DNA of 64,000 nt from Octopus vulgaris (GCA_951406725.2 OX597832.1:45880001-45944000); one strand, 5' to 3'. Shown: positions 27,442-41,907, numbered from the stretch's first letter. The notes: generated by a model from the sequence alone, not told the origin. Numbers and translations are program-made.

Positions 27442-27636
27442 GTCGTTCAACTCCATTCTTTCATTTATTTGTATTTAAAAAAACACACAAATTTCCACAC
27501 GATAGCACGTGATCTCTGCCTTGGGCATGTAGCTTCATCCGTGTTTTTCTGACGTGAATTTGCTACCCAGGTATCGGTTAACCGAATTATCCATAATAAG
27601 ATAATTCATTCAACTACTCAATTAGTTATATATATA

Positions 27637-27706
<70 letters not shown>

Positions 27707-27786
27707 TGTAAATGTAGTTGGTTAATAAATGATGTGAATGGGTATTATCTGGTAGTTGATGATTGATTAAAGTATATTTCTTATTT

Positions 27787-27837
<51 letters not shown>

Positions 27838-28626
27838 ATATGTAAAATACATACACTAATATATATCCTTTGTGTATTTTCCGGTGGCTGCAATGGTGTA
27901 GTGGAATATATAACTCTCATGTTATTTAAGTATAATTAACTTTTTTTATTTTAAAAACAAACTATATTTTAATATAGCTTAAATCGAGGAATTTTATTGT
28001 ATCAATCTCATGCAATAAAGTTTTCAAAGAAAAGTTATGAGTTTCTCAAATTTGAGGGTGATAATTTAGTTCTAAAGATTTTTATGATTATAGTTCTATA
28101 AGGAACTTTTAATATATGTCACCAGCATCAGTAAGGTAAAGAAAAAGTTATCAACAACACCGCTAATTTTCAATTAGTTTAATTACGTCATCTATATTAA
28201 TTAATGTAATTATATCATAAAAATGAAAAAAATAGAATATTATTTAGAAATTTTGACTGTTTTAACTCGAAGGCGTGTGATTATTATGACGTTCGGTAAA
28301 TTCCGTAAAAAAATTTATTTATTTTTGTGAGTGGAAATGTACATTTTGTTTGAAGTCAGCATAAAGTGAAAGAGAGAGGAAATGGACATGGACGTATGTA
28401 TGTGTTGATGGGTGGGGGTGCGAGATAGAAAGTGTGTGTTGTGTGTATGTGCGTGTGCGTGTGAGAGAGAGAGAGAGAGAGGGAGAGAGGGAGAGTGGCA
28501 GCGTACGTTTAAAAAAATTTTTCTCGCATATATTCTCAGTGAATGCGTGAGTGCTTGATTGAGAGAGATTCAGAGAGAAGAGGACAAAGGTGTGTGTTGC
28601 TCTGTGTGTGTGTGTGTGCGTGTGTA

Positions 28627-28674
<48 letters not shown>

Positions 28675-30582
28675 TGAGAGAGAGAGGAAGAGAGCGCAAA
28701 TTTTACTTTGCTACTTATACATATATATGAAAAATGTCATGAAAACACACACCTTCACTCACTGACTCACTCTTTCTCTCTTCCTCACACGCACACATAA
28801 AACATTTATGCTTATGTATTTATGAATGTATGTGTATATAACAGATAATGAGTGTGGGTATGTGTTTGTGTGCTTGTGTGACTGACCCTAGACATTTTAC
28901 ACACACATGACAACACCTCTCACAGTCAACCACTCGCACACTAACTCACTAAAAAAAGAAAATGCGAGAAAACTAACTAAATAAAACTTTTCATCGACAA
29001 CTGTGATTGTCACACGCCGATGACGGGTCAATACCCAGAAACTCGAGTCCGTGTGTATCATAAGTTGAAGACGGACAGGATGGCTTCCCTTTGCAAATAC
29101 TGATAGGGCACAGAAAGTGTGTCTATGGCCAGCTGGAGGAGGTGTCCTCCTGGGGCTACAAACCACAGTAGCATCCACCCTTAGGGGTTAGCCATATTTA
29201 AATGGCAAGTATAACTAAATAAAAAAAAAATACGCTATCACTCTGTCCCCCTCTTTCTCTCTCTCACACACAGAGCAAGATACCTTCTCTCTTTCTCTTT
29301 GACAACACCTCTCTCTCTTAGTCAAACACACACTCAAAAAAGATGCGAGAAAAAGTAAATAAAAAAATTTATGCTCTCACCCACTCACTCTCTCTCTCTC
29401 TTTCTCTCTCTGTCACACATACACAGCAACACACACTTTCTCTCTCTCTCTCTCTCTCTGACAGGGCACACATCCCTCTCTGTCTCAGTTAATCACTCAC
29501 ACACTCAATCAAAAAAGACGGGAGGAAAACTAAATTTAAAAAGTTCAAAAACTGAACTAAAAAATAAAAAAAAAACTAAATTAAAAGCTAATCAACTCAC
29601 TATGGTACTGGTAGATTTATCTACATAATGATAACATATGTACAATATATTGCTTCGTGTAGCAATGTAAATAGTAACTAAATTATGGGGGCTATATGCA
29701 CTAATAATTGAAAAACTAATAACTACAACCGAAAACAGCAACATAAAAACAATAATAATAATATTAAACAACCAAATAAATGAATTTAATAATTAGTACT
29801 CGAATTTACATGTAAATTTCAGAAAACAATGGAATGAACATTTGTACGTTATTACAATGTTGAAATATGATATTCGTTACATGTTTGTATATAGCTATCC
29901 ATATGTACGGCTCTGCTAAACAATAAATGAATTTAAGCGTCATTATATATACGTTTCAAAATGTTTTTCTAGTAACAGTCGACGCGTCTCTTTAGATATT
30001 TATATTCGAAGACATATTATTCACCTGTTAACGTTTTAAATTTCGTAAGAAAATTGTGTTTTTAAACACTATTAATCATTTAAACATCAAGAAATACTGT
30101 AGAATTAGAAAAATATAGTTCACAATTGCTGTTGAACATTAGAAATACAACCAGCTAATACAGTCACAAATAACACTGACTTTAATTAATGGACGGATAT
30201 ATATCATAAACAATTGGTTCTTCATGACGGAAACTTTTATGCTCCACCTAACCCTTGTTCTCCAACTCTTTTCGTTTTATTTTCTTATGTTTTTATTATA
30301 TTAACTTCTGTAATTTTCGCGACTGCTACAAATCAATACTGCAGGTTCGTTGTAAAAGCTGGTTAACACTTGTGTTCATTAGTCAAAACAAATTACTAGA
30401 ATCATATTTTAAGCTACAAATTACGTCATTAGTCGTTAACATCGAAATGTGTTGGCAATTTCAAATTGTCTATCATTAAGGTGTATATAAACTATATAAA
30501 ATTCACCAAGTAAAAATATCCTCAACAGACTTATGCATATATAATCACTAGAAAATCTCACAATTAACAAGGTATATATTAC

Positions 30583-30623
<41 letters not shown>

Positions 30624-30654
30624 GGAAGGAAGCACTCCGTCGGTTCCGACGACG

Positions 30655-30696
<42 letters not shown>

Positions 30697-30698
<2 letters not shown>

Positions 30699-30846
30699 GC
30701 AAAAAGAAAGACGAAGACAGATGGAGCAGACAACAAAGAGGTGTATTAGTTTAACGCTCGGGAAATGAAAAAGAATTTAACGTTTCGAGCCTACGCTCTT
30801 CCACAGAAAGAAACAAGGCGATAAAAGAAAGAGGGAAAATAAAGAC
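30697..30846 (-). mobile_element. Penelope-type terminal repeat fragment with hammerhead-like motif (copy 3)
   Basis: Reverse complement of 30775-30810 is CTTT-CTGTGGA-A-GAGC-GTAG-GCTC-GAAAC-GTT-AAAT. Abuts (TA)n. Confidence 0.65.
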
Positions 30847-30904
30847 AATATGTATATATGTGTATATATATATATGTATTGTATGTATATGTATATAGAT
30901 ATGC

Positions 30905-30949
<45 letters not shown>

Positions 30950-30994
30950 TATTCATGTATACAGACACACACAAACGTACACACACATACACAT

Positions 30995-31088
30995 TATTTT
31001 ATTGTTTTATTTGTTTTAGACTTTTGAATGCGGCCATGCTGGAGGTCGCCCTTTGTTGAGCTTTGGTGAGAAAGAGAAACTGGCACAA

Positions 31089-31119
<31 letters not shown>

Positions 31120-31620
31120 ATGGATTTACCACACAGTTTCTATCTGCCAGATTTATTCACAATACACGTTCGGCCCCGACCTATTATAGAAATCATTTGC
31201 CCAGGATACCATGCAGTCTGACTGAGCCGGAACCAACATGGTTGCAAAATGAGCTTCTTAAACACGTAACTGGACAAATGGATAAATGGGTAAATAAATA
31301 AAAAGAGCCTCGGGCCGACCAAAGCCTTGTGAGTGGATTTGGTAGACGGAAACTGAAAGAAGCCCGTCGTATATATGTATATATGTATATATGTATGTGC
31401 GTGTATGTCTGTGTTTGTCCCTTTAGCATTGCTTGACAACCGATGCTGGTGTGTTTACGTCCCCGTCACTTAGCGGTTCGGCAAAAGAGACCGATAGAAT
31501 AAGTACTGGGCTTACAAAGAATAAGTCCCGGGGTCAAGTTGCTCGATTAAAGGTGGTGCTCCAGCATGGCCGCAGTCAAAATGACTGAAACAAGTGAAAA
31601 GAGAGTAAAAGAGAAAGAGA
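30995..31620. mobile_element. Two group A SINEs in opposite orientation (diverged minus copy ~30995-31290; 5'-truncated plus copy 31306-31620)
   Basis: Both match group A blocks, on opposite strands. Confidence 0.75.
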
Positions 31621-31737
31621 TAAATAGATCGCTAAGTAGGCAAATGCATTCATAAGGATAGATATAGATAGATATAGCTAGGTATAGACAGACAGGCAGA
31701 TAGGTAAACAGAAAGATAAATAGGTACGTAGATAGAT

Positions 31738-32009
31738 TTCTTTATTGGTCACGCAGGGCTGAACACAGAAGGGACAAAATACAAAGTAGAGCTTTTCCTT
31801 TTGGGAAGAAGGAAAATTGGTGGGGGGGGAATTCTGATCAAAAGGGATCGTGAAAAAAAAGTGGGGCCGATGATGAATAGGGATCGTGTATCACAGAAAT
31901 ATCAATGTAAAAAGGGGAAACAGATTAGGGTTGTCCGTGGATAGAAAAGCCTACGGAAAAGTCCACAAGAACCTTGGGCAATAGTGTCATGCAAAAAACC
32001 CCCACATTA
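31738..32009 (-). mobile_element. Tx1/L1-clade LINE 3' UTR fragment
   Basis: Similar to 32079-32360 and to the 3' end of 61665-63070 (GCTCTACTTTGTATTTTGTCCC..CCAATAAAGAAA). Lies in a GATA-rich tract. Confidence 0.8.
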
Positions 32010-32078
32010 ACTAGATAGATAGGCATAGACAGACAGGCAGATAGGTAAACAGAAAGATAGATAGGTACGTAGATAGAT

Positions 32079-32611
32079 TTCTTTATTGGCCACGCAGGTT
32101 TGAACACAGAAGGGACAAAATACAAAGTAGAGCTTTTCTTTTTGGGAAGAAGGGAGAAATGGTGGTGGTGGGGGGAGCGAATTCTGATCAAAAGGGATCG
32201 TGAAAAAAAAGTGGGGCCGATGACCAATAGGGATCGTGTATCACAGAAATGTCAACGTAAAAAGAGGAAACAGATTAGGTTTTTCCGTAGATAGAAAAGC
32301 CTACTGAAAAAGTCCGCGGGAACCTTGGGCAATAGAGTCATGCAAAAAGAAAGCACATTACAGTAAGTGGTTCTCTTTTAACTTTGTTTTTTTTTCTTTT
32401 GGTTCATCGGATTATGTTCAAGTTGGCTCTGTCATTCATACGTGCCATCCTTGGTACATTCACCCATCTTGTTTTGAAGCATTCACTAGACAAAACTTGT
32501 CTCTCTACTCTCTTCAAGTGATACTTGAAGAAGTTGATGAGAGATTGATCAGAGAGGAAAGTGTTTGTCTCTAGACCTTTCAGACGCGTCCACCATACAC
32601 ATTCTTTCGTC
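32079..32611 (-). mobile_element. 5'-truncated Tx1/L1-clade LINE with 18-bp TSD
   Basis: ORF end [35 protein letters not shown].. is homologous to 62413-62630. TSD ATAGGTACGTAGATAGAT at 32061-32078 and 32612-32629. Confidence 0.9.
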
Positions 32612-32700
32612 ATAGGTACGTAGATAGATAGATTTGAAGATAGAACGATGCATAAATAGACAGACAGTCAACAGACAGACAGACAGACAGAGAGACAGAC

Positions 32701-32757
<57 letters not shown>

Positions 32758-33580
32758 CTTATTTAGATAGACGACTGGATAGATAGGTAAATAAATAAAT
32801 AAGTAAATAAATAGATAGAAAGATAAATAAATAGATGAATAGATTGAGAGTTTTATAGATAGACGGATGGATATATAGAAAGATATGTGGATAAATCGGT
32901 AGATAGATAGATAGACACATAGATGAATATATATGTAGATAGAGGGATGGATAGTTAGATAGATATATCAACTTATCCAGTTGCATTTGACACTTTTAGT
33001 GTCTGTTCTTTAGGAACTTCAGACAATGTTTTAATATCTAAAAGTAATTCCTTTTGTGAAAGTTTCCGGGAGTTTCCATATTTAGCAATGATGGACGACG
33101 TTTAACTAGATTTATTGATGATCTGTCTCCAGTTTAGTGAAGTAACTTATGGTTTTCAGTGAGCTAGGACTTTATCTTATTTAAAAACACCGACCAACAT
33201 CCACACACCACATTCACCACGCTTAGACAAGCGTTATAAACGATTTATTAATGAAATGTTAGCATTAAGATAGCCGGCTTGTGTCCGGGATGCCGCGTCT
33301 AGGAAGTTGCCTGGAGCATGTTATAGATTTTTCCTTTGTAAATATTTAAAATGGCTTGTTTGACTCACGCAATGTAAAAATCGAGGTAGTTTCATGAGTT
33401 AAAGGAAGATTAAATGGATAGACTTAGCAAGTCCTTTGAGAGCATAAAGATAAACTACTTTTTAGAATACACGTATGTATATGTCTGTATATACGTATCT
33501 ATTTGTGTGTGTAAATATGTGTGGCGTGCGTGTGTGCACAGGAATATGTTTGTGTCTGTGTGTGTCTATCTATCTATCTA

Positions 33581-33612
<32 letters not shown>

Positions 33613-33630
33613 TCTGTCTATCTATCTATG

Positions 33631-33715
<85 letters not shown>

Positions 33716-33799
33716 GTTTGACAGCCTCTATACCTGCCTCTCTCTATGTCAGTTTGTCTGTCTTTCTGTCTGTATGTCTCTCTCTCTCTCTTTCTATAC

Positions 33800-33915
<116 letters not shown>

Positions 33916-33988
33916 ATGTCTGTCTGTCTGTCTGTCTGTATGTCTGTGACTGACTGTTTGTCAGTCTGCCGATCGATCGATTGATCTC

Positions 33989-34037
<49 letters not shown>

Positions 34038-34074
34038 GAACTTTATATACTTATATATATATATATATATATAG

Positions 34075-34920
34075 ATGAGAGGATACGCAGTAGAAACCGG
34101 AATTTTGCAATATTATTTCATTCACTTAGTTTTACGCGTTTACACTTTTATCGCCTTCAGACTATTCTTCTTTTGAAGCAATGCGTCTGTCCAGATGCGT
34201 TTTCCATTGTTCGAAGCAGTGCTGCAACTCTTGCGACGTATTACCTTTTAACACCTCCGTCGTTGTATTCTTCACCTCTTCCGCATCTGCAAATTCTGTA
34301 GCACCAGCTTTTGTCACCAGTGATGAACTTTGAAAAAGGGTCCGGATCAATTTCCAGCTGTTCTTTCAGTTCACGTCACGCATTCGGTCATTGCTGTTTT
34401 AATATTCCGTGAGCAAGAGGCGCAGAGATTTTGCTGCAACTCTTCATTCGCAATTCCGCTCTCAAAATCCGTTGGCAGGAGCTTCGGGACACACCAGTCA
34501 TATCAACAATTTCATTGATTGTTCGGTGATGGTCCTCCAACATCAGTTCATGAATTTTCATGATGTTTTTATTCGTTCGGGAGGTCAACTACCCGCCGGA
34601 TGAGATTAGTCGTCAAGCGACAAGCGGTCATTCCTAATGCGTGAAAACCACTCGTAAACTCACGTTTTGCTCATAGCAACATCATTGTAAACTGTTAGAA
34701 GCACGACGACTGTTTCAGCCACCATTTTCCCCAGCAAAAAACGAATTTTCACGGCAGCACGCTGCTCCTACGTTTCATTATCACAAAATCGACGGAGAAG
34801 GGATGATGCACTTCAATACAAAGACGCGCTATGTGACAGTAAGATTACACTCGACGACGCCGGGCGGCATAATGACGCCTGAGGGGTCGCATAAAGTGGC
34901 TGCTAACAGCGGAAACCTGA
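34075..34920 (-). mobile_element. Internally deleted mariner element (copy 1)
   Basis: HTH region TSRTNKNIMKIHELMLEDHHRTINEIVDMTGVSRSSCQRIL, ITGDKSWCY and C-terminal QHCFEQWKTHLDRRIASKEE. The catalytic middle is absent. Confidence 0.8.
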
Positions 34921-34985
34921 GCCACAAAGAGTTTATCCCACAATGTATATGAATCTATATATGTGTATGTATATTTATATATATT

Positions 34986-35240
34986 GGAGGCGCGTAGCTT
35001 AGTGGTTAGGGTGTCAGCATAATGATCGTAAGATTGTGGTTTCGATTCCTGGACCGGGCGACGCGATGTGTTCTTGAGCAAAAGACTTCCTTTCATGTTG
35101 CTCCAGTCCACTCAGCTGGCAAAAATGAGTAACGCTGCGATGGACTGGCATTCTGTCCAGCTGGGGAACACATATGCCATTGAAACCGGGAAATCAGGCC
35201 TGTGAGCCTGGCTAGGCTTTAAAATGGCGCATTTATTTTA
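34986..35240 (+). mobile_element. SINE group D
   Basis: High similarity to 3335-3585. Confidence 0.9.
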
Positions 35241-35278
35241 TTTATATGTATATATACTTATAATTATACGTGTGTGTA

Positions 35279-35510
35279 TACGAGGGGAGAGCTGAAAATT
35301 TCCTACCTTTAAGAGTATTCTGAAAGACCTGGCTGGTGGTTCAATCTTCCGAGTTCGTTTACAGGGCCAAAAAAAAAAATATATAATGGAAGACTGCTGC
35401 AAGAAGTTTGTGAATGTGAGTGTGGAATATGTTGAATAAAACCATAATTAACTGGTCCTCTTGCACATTCTTTTACCCAAAGCCCGGAACTTTTCAACAC
35501 AACCTGGTAT
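35279..35510. mobile_element. Mariner-type MITE
   Basis: Imperfect TIRs TACGAGGGGAGAGCTGAAAATTTCC / GGAACTTTTCAACACAACCTGGTA with TA ends. Confidence 0.6.
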
Positions 35511-35537
35511 ATATATGTATGTATATCGGCATGCATG

Positions 35538-35569
<32 letters not shown>

Positions 35570-35920
35570 GCACAGGAGTGGCTGTGTGGTAAGTAGCTTG
35601 CTTACAAACAACATGGTTCCGGGTTCAGTCCCTTGGGAAAGTGTCTTCTATTATAGCCTCGGGCCGACCAAAGCCTTGTGAGTGGATTTGTTAGACGGAA
35701 ACTGAAAGAAGCACCACGTATATATATGTATATATATGTGTGTGTGTTTGTGTGTCTGTGTTTGTCCCCCTAACATCGCTTGACAACCTAGCGTTTCGGC
35801 AAAAGAGACCGATAGAATAAGTGCTAGGCTTACAAAGAATAAGTCCTGGGGGTCGATTTCCTCAACTAAAGGCAGTGCTCCAGCATGGCCGCTGTCAAAT
35901 GACTGAAACAAGTAAAAGAG
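35570..35920 (+). mobile_element. SINE group A
   Basis: Group A head, conserved block, internal microsatellite and tail. Confidence 0.9.
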
Positions 35921-37356
35921 TATGTATGCATGTATGTATGTGTGTATGTGTGTATGTATGTATGTATGTATGTGTGTATGTATGTATTATGTATGCATCT
36001 ATGTATACATGGGTGTATGAAACTAGGACAGCAGACAGCAGATATGGATTAATGAGCAAGTTCTGTTTTCAGATAAAAATATGATGTGTGGTATAATACA
36101 GGAACTAATTAAATTTGTAAGAAAGTCAACAAATATTGATGTAGAGTTAAGAAGGAGATTTGTAGCGACTTTTGCATATTTCCTTGAAGTGAACTTTCAA
36201 TTAATTGTGAAAAAAAAATTCAAACAGGTATTGGAAAAGCATCGGAAAATAATAATCATTTAAACTTTCTGTTGACCAAAACTTTGATTCCTAAATAGTT
36301 AGAGAAATGTGTAGATAGATGGATAGATAGATAGATGGATAGATAGATAGACAGATAGTACAATGTCGAGATTGCTTGTGCTCAGGACGGAGGGGTAACG
36401 TTTACACACGAGGAAAGAGAATATCTGAGGTGATGTGCCGATTTGTAGATTGTAGGTTGCTATACTGAGTTTTAGAAACCTTAAGTAAGGTGCAAGTGAA
36501 CCCCCTGGTCGTGTGCTTTCGCTGGAAGGACGAATCGGAAAAAAATAAAATAAAAGTCTGGTTAAAAAGCTCGTCTCACAGCGACGATGTTCAGCCAGTC
36601 CTACTGACACACACGCACACATACACACACACACACACACAAACACACACAAACATACACACACATACACATACAAATACACACATACACACACATATCA
36701 GACTCAATGTTTTACACACAAGTGCGAGCACACACACACATCCGCCGACAGGCATACACACACACACGCACACACACACACACAATATATGTATATATGT
36801 GTGTATGTGTGTATGTGTATGTGTGTGTAGGTGTGTGGATGTGGGTGTGTGTGTGTGAGTAAAGCGGTGTAAGTGTCCTTTACATGCGTAACACCTTACA
36901 CTGACATTTATTGTTGCATATGTGTATGTGTGTTTTTATGTGTATGTGTGTGTGTATGTATATGTGTGTGTGTGTGCATGTGCACCGTACCCGCGTCTGT
37001 ATGCGTGTGTGACCGAACTATCAGTTATTATATACAGACAAATAATATATTTTACATATATGTCGGGGCAGGCTTAAACCTCTTCCTCGGATGTTATTCG
37101 AACCACCAATCTCGAACTTCAAGCTCGCGAGCTGTGGTTCAGTTACTGATCATATCACTGAAACCATATCTTCTCATTCCAGACACACAGACACACAGAC
37201 ACACAGATACATATTCTCCTCACGCATATAAAAACTCCACCACACGTAATACATATTACTACATATCGATATACATGCGTATATATACATACACACACAT
37301 ATATATATATATATGTGTATATATACGTATATATATATATATATATGTATATATAC

Positions 37357-37445
<89 letters not shown>

Positions 37446-38254
37446 CATACATATATATATATACACACACAGAGAAAGAGATAACAGTGTTCAAAAGCAC
37501 ACCGCAACATGCAAGCAAATATATTTGTTAAAATATAAATTTTACATTGAAGAACATAGCATCTGATAAACTAATGACTTTCTTTCTCTTTGTAGCGAAA
37601 ACCATATTGATTCGGTTGGAGTTATAAATTTGCCGAGCTCACATCGTCTCTGGCGTTCACGTTCGTTTTCTTTGTCTCTATTGATTCTTATTGCAAGGGA
37701 CAGTGTGTGAAACACTAATAAAGGTATATACTCAGCGGTGTCTTAACGCACAGGTCTTAATTAAATGGTAACAACTCGGAATAATTACAGCCTTTCCTTA
37801 GTTACAGCTAACTGATTTATGATGGAAATTGACAGTTGCAACAGGCATTAGAACTACGATCAAGGGCAGGACTACAGTTGAAGTCAGCCGGATTTCGAAA
37901 CGTCAGTGTGTGAAGTTGAAAAATACTCGTTATTTCAAAGCAACATCTAATTAAAGTTGTTTACTTCGAACCCTTCACGGAGAAGAGAAGAAGAAAAAAA
38001 GGGGGTGGAGTATGGATGGGGGTGGTAGGTAGAGAGGAATGAAAAAGAGAGAGATAGAGATTGAGAGAAGAGAAGTATATGAAAAATGTGTTAAATTGGT
38101 TTCCTTTTTCACTGGTTTGCTTGGCTAACGAACGATAATCTGTTGATGCATGCGTTTTCATTTCGAGTTCAATCTTGTAACAGGTGATCAAGGAGGTAAC
38201 AAAACAGATTGATGTGATTAAGCCTGCATATATGTATGCATGTATGTATGTATG

Positions 38255-38285
<31 letters not shown>

Positions 38286-38299
38286 TATGTATGTATGTA

Positions 38300-38330
<31 letters not shown>

Positions 38331-38450
38331 TGTGTGCATGTATGTATGTATGTATGTAATATGTATGTATGTAATGTGTTTATGTATGTATGTATGTAAT
38401 ATGTATGTATGTATGTATGTATGTAATATGTATTTATGTATTTATGTATG

Positions 38451-38515
<65 letters not shown>

Positions 38516-38779
38516 GTCTGTATGCCAATTAATTTGTTGGTATATTGCAATATATATATATATTGCAATATACATATATGAATACGCCCATTTATTCAAA
38601 CACAAGTTCATCTCACTTTCTCTTTGTCGGTCTGTCTCTGTCTCTTTTCCTCTCCGTCTCTCTCTCTCTCGCTCTGTATATATACATACATAATATATAT
38701 ATACACATATGTATATACATATATACATATGCAAATATACATATACTCGTATATATAGACATATGTCCATATATGTGTA

Positions 38780-38861
<82 letters not shown>

Positions 38862-38989
38862 TTATATAACTTCATTTCGCATCCAATTTAAACTGCAAAA
38901 TATATATAAATATATAATCTTGCAGTCCAACTACAGTTAAAGAGACAGAACAATCAAGAAAAACTTGAAAACACAGATATTCCCGCCAC

Positions 38990-39440
38990 CTAATCGTCAG
39001 CTTGAAGCATTTGAAGATGAACTATGGAATTTAGTATAAGAACATTAAATTTCAGAAATAACGACCTCGAAGGAATATAAATTTAAGGAAAATGAAATCT
39101 TTAATCCTGGAACGCAAAAGAATAAATGGTATATTTTAATACACGAAGATAAGACAGGAAATCTTTATAATTTAAACATTGATAAGTATCAGAAACTCCT
39201 TACGAATGAAACTACGAACAACTGTTAAATGGTTAATAAGAATGCATTAAGATTAATTAACTTGGAATCTAAGAAAATAATATCAGAATATAAAGTTGAT
39301 GATAAGACTGAGCTATATATTTCTAAAAGACCTAGAATCATTTTGAAGGACCATACAGAAAGCTTCCTAACTCATCTTAATATGAAAAAAGAGAAAATTA
39401 TTTCAATATAAAAGTTAACTTATATTTAAATACTACTTAA
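38990..39440 (+). pseudogene. Degenerate Penelope-like element RT N-terminal region
   Basis: LEAFEDELWN.., EDKTGNLYNL..DKYQKLLTNE.. and RIILKDHTESF resemble the ADKT.N.Y and LKDHKENF segments of Penelope-like ORFs. Frameshifted. Confidence 0.5.
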
Positions 39441-39575
39441 GAAAATCGTGGAAGTCAAATTGTATGTCTCTCTCTATATATATATACGTACGTGTGTATT
39501 TATATCTGTGTCTGTGACTATAGATACACACGAGAAAACACGTATGCACACATACACACACATATCCTCACCTCC

Positions 39576-39632
<57 letters not shown>

Positions 39633-39663
39633 AATTTATATCTGTCTATCTATCCATAGATAG

Positions 39664-39714
<51 letters not shown>

Positions 39715-39738
39715 GTAAATTTATATCTGTCCATCTAT

Positions 39739-39829
<91 letters not shown>

Positions 39830-39938
39830 TATATATAGAAATATATATATATATATATATATATACCTACAGGAAAGTAACCGCAAAAACGTGGTGAATA
39901 TACAATCTCAGAGAGGGAGGGAAAGTCAGAGTGGGAAA

Positions 39939-39986
<48 letters not shown>

Positions 39987-40128
39987 TTTCAGGTTTTCCT
40001 TTCCTGTTTATGTTCACAAGTTTTCCTAGGCAACAAATTAATTGGCACACAGACATATACACTTTCACATACAATAATATATGTGTGCTTTCGTGCGACC
40101 GTGCGTGCTCGCTTGTATCTACGTAACT

Positions 40129-40167
<39 letters not shown>

Positions 40168-40954
40168 TATGTAGGTAGATTGGTAGATAAACGTTGTCAG
40201 AGGAACCGTCAAAAGGTATAGGTATGTGTGGTGTGGAAAATCAATACATAAACGGAGTATGGGGTATATAGTGTATGCTGATTTACTTATTGGAATATAT
40301 ATGCTAACCAAATGAGTAATGCTGTGTCTGAGAATAGAGAGAGTGAGTAAAAGAGAGAGATGGATGGAGAGTAAGGCGGATGGAAATATGAAGACCGTTA
40401 CAGAGAGAAAGAGAGAAAGTGAGGCGGGGACGTGGAGCGGAGGAGAGGTCGGGAGAAAGAGAGCGGGGTTGAAAAACGAAAGAATAAAAGCTCCCGGGCG
40501 ATCAGAGCCATATTTTATTATCATAAAACGGTATAGATGTACTGCATCAGTCACTGGATTATAGTGTCTTCGTTCTACTACTTATCCAAGTCCATTATTA
40601 AGTTGGAATTGCTAAGTTAATTTTGCATTAGGGGACTCCAGCAAGCTCACACCCGACGCTGCGCTGAAGAAACATTTATAGAATTAATTTACTTGTCGGT
40701 GATTTGAACATAGGAAATTTGCAACTCACAGATCCATGAGTGTGGTTTGTCAAACGTGACTGTTGGATTGTCGTCAGAGTAAAAATGTCGCTTTTCACTA
40801 AGTAAATTAACATCTTATTGCCGCAGCATGCATTATGTAGTTAGTATATACTGTAGAGTTGACATATTTTCGATGCACAGAAATAAATGAATAATAGATA
40901 AATAGCATATGATGGATGATGTAATAATACTAATGTAATACAAGATCAGATAGT

Positions 40955-41178
40955 CTTTTACTCTTTTACACTTTGACTTGTTTCAGTCATTTGACTGCGG
41001 CCATGCTGCAGCACCGCATTTAGTCGAACAAATAGACCCCAGGACTTATTCTTTGTAAGCCTAGTACTTATACTATCAGTCTCTTTTGCTGAGCCGCTAG
41101 GTTACGGAGACGTAAACACACCAGCATCGGTTGGGGGGGGGAGGCAAACACAGACACACAAACATATATACACACACA

Positions 41179-41240
<62 letters not shown>

Positions 41241-41320
41241 CGACAGGCTTCTTTCAGTTTCCGTCTACCAAATCCACTCACAAGACTTTGGTCGGCCCGA
41301 GACTATAGCAGAAGGCACTG
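40955..41320 (-). mobile_element. SINE group A, 5'-truncated
   Basis: Group A tail, microsatellite and central block are present; the tRNA head is missing. Confidence 0.85.
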
Positions 41321-41432
41321 ATTGAGGTCTGTAACGGTGTCAACTAATCTGTAACAACGTTCTTGAGAAGGTAGCATATATATATGGGATCAAGCTAATG
41401 GTTGGTGACACACACATACATCATCCGACTTA

Positions 41433-41815
41433 TCTCTCTCTATATAAACGGCAGTTTGTCTGTGCGTTTTCTGTGTGTCTGTTTTCTCGTACCCTCACTC
41501 TGACCACGGCTTTCAACCGATTCTGATGAAACTTGACACACACATAGCCCAATGTCATAATTCAAAACTAACGCAGCGAAAATTTTGAAAAGTTCCCCCA
41601 GTTCTGAAAAAATCGATAAATTCGACATGGGGTCGAGAATGAGAAACCCAAACCACAGACCGTCTAGGGGACGCAACTCCACCTGTTTTAACTCTCAAAA
41701 AAAATTTACCATCATTTTTTTTCCATTTTTTTGCTATTTTTTGGCTATAACTCTCTAAAAATGCTTTATAGTTATTTCCCTTACAAACCTGAGCAACGCC
41801 GGGCGATACTGCTAG
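41433..41815 (+). mobile_element. Non-autonomous Helitron (383 bp)
   Basis: 5' TC, 3' hairpin CCTGAGCAACGCCGGG then CTAG, inserted between A and T with no TSD. The empty site is visible in the paralogous segment at 42372|42373. Confidence 0.9.
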
Positions 41816-41907
41816 TATATTATAAATATACATACGCATGTATTTGTATTATGCGAGTGGTTATACTCATGTTTATACATACAGTTATGAATAATTTTTA
41901 GAGTTGC

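Noticed and set aside
28500-29560. Recurrent ATGCGAGAAAA motif in direct and inverted orientation among GA/CA repeats
   Set aside because: Probably a decayed repeat; I could not define termini.
39721-40554. 277-aa minus-strand ORF, the longest in the track
   Set aside because: Largely built from GA-rich and (TA)n low-complexity sequence, with no domain.
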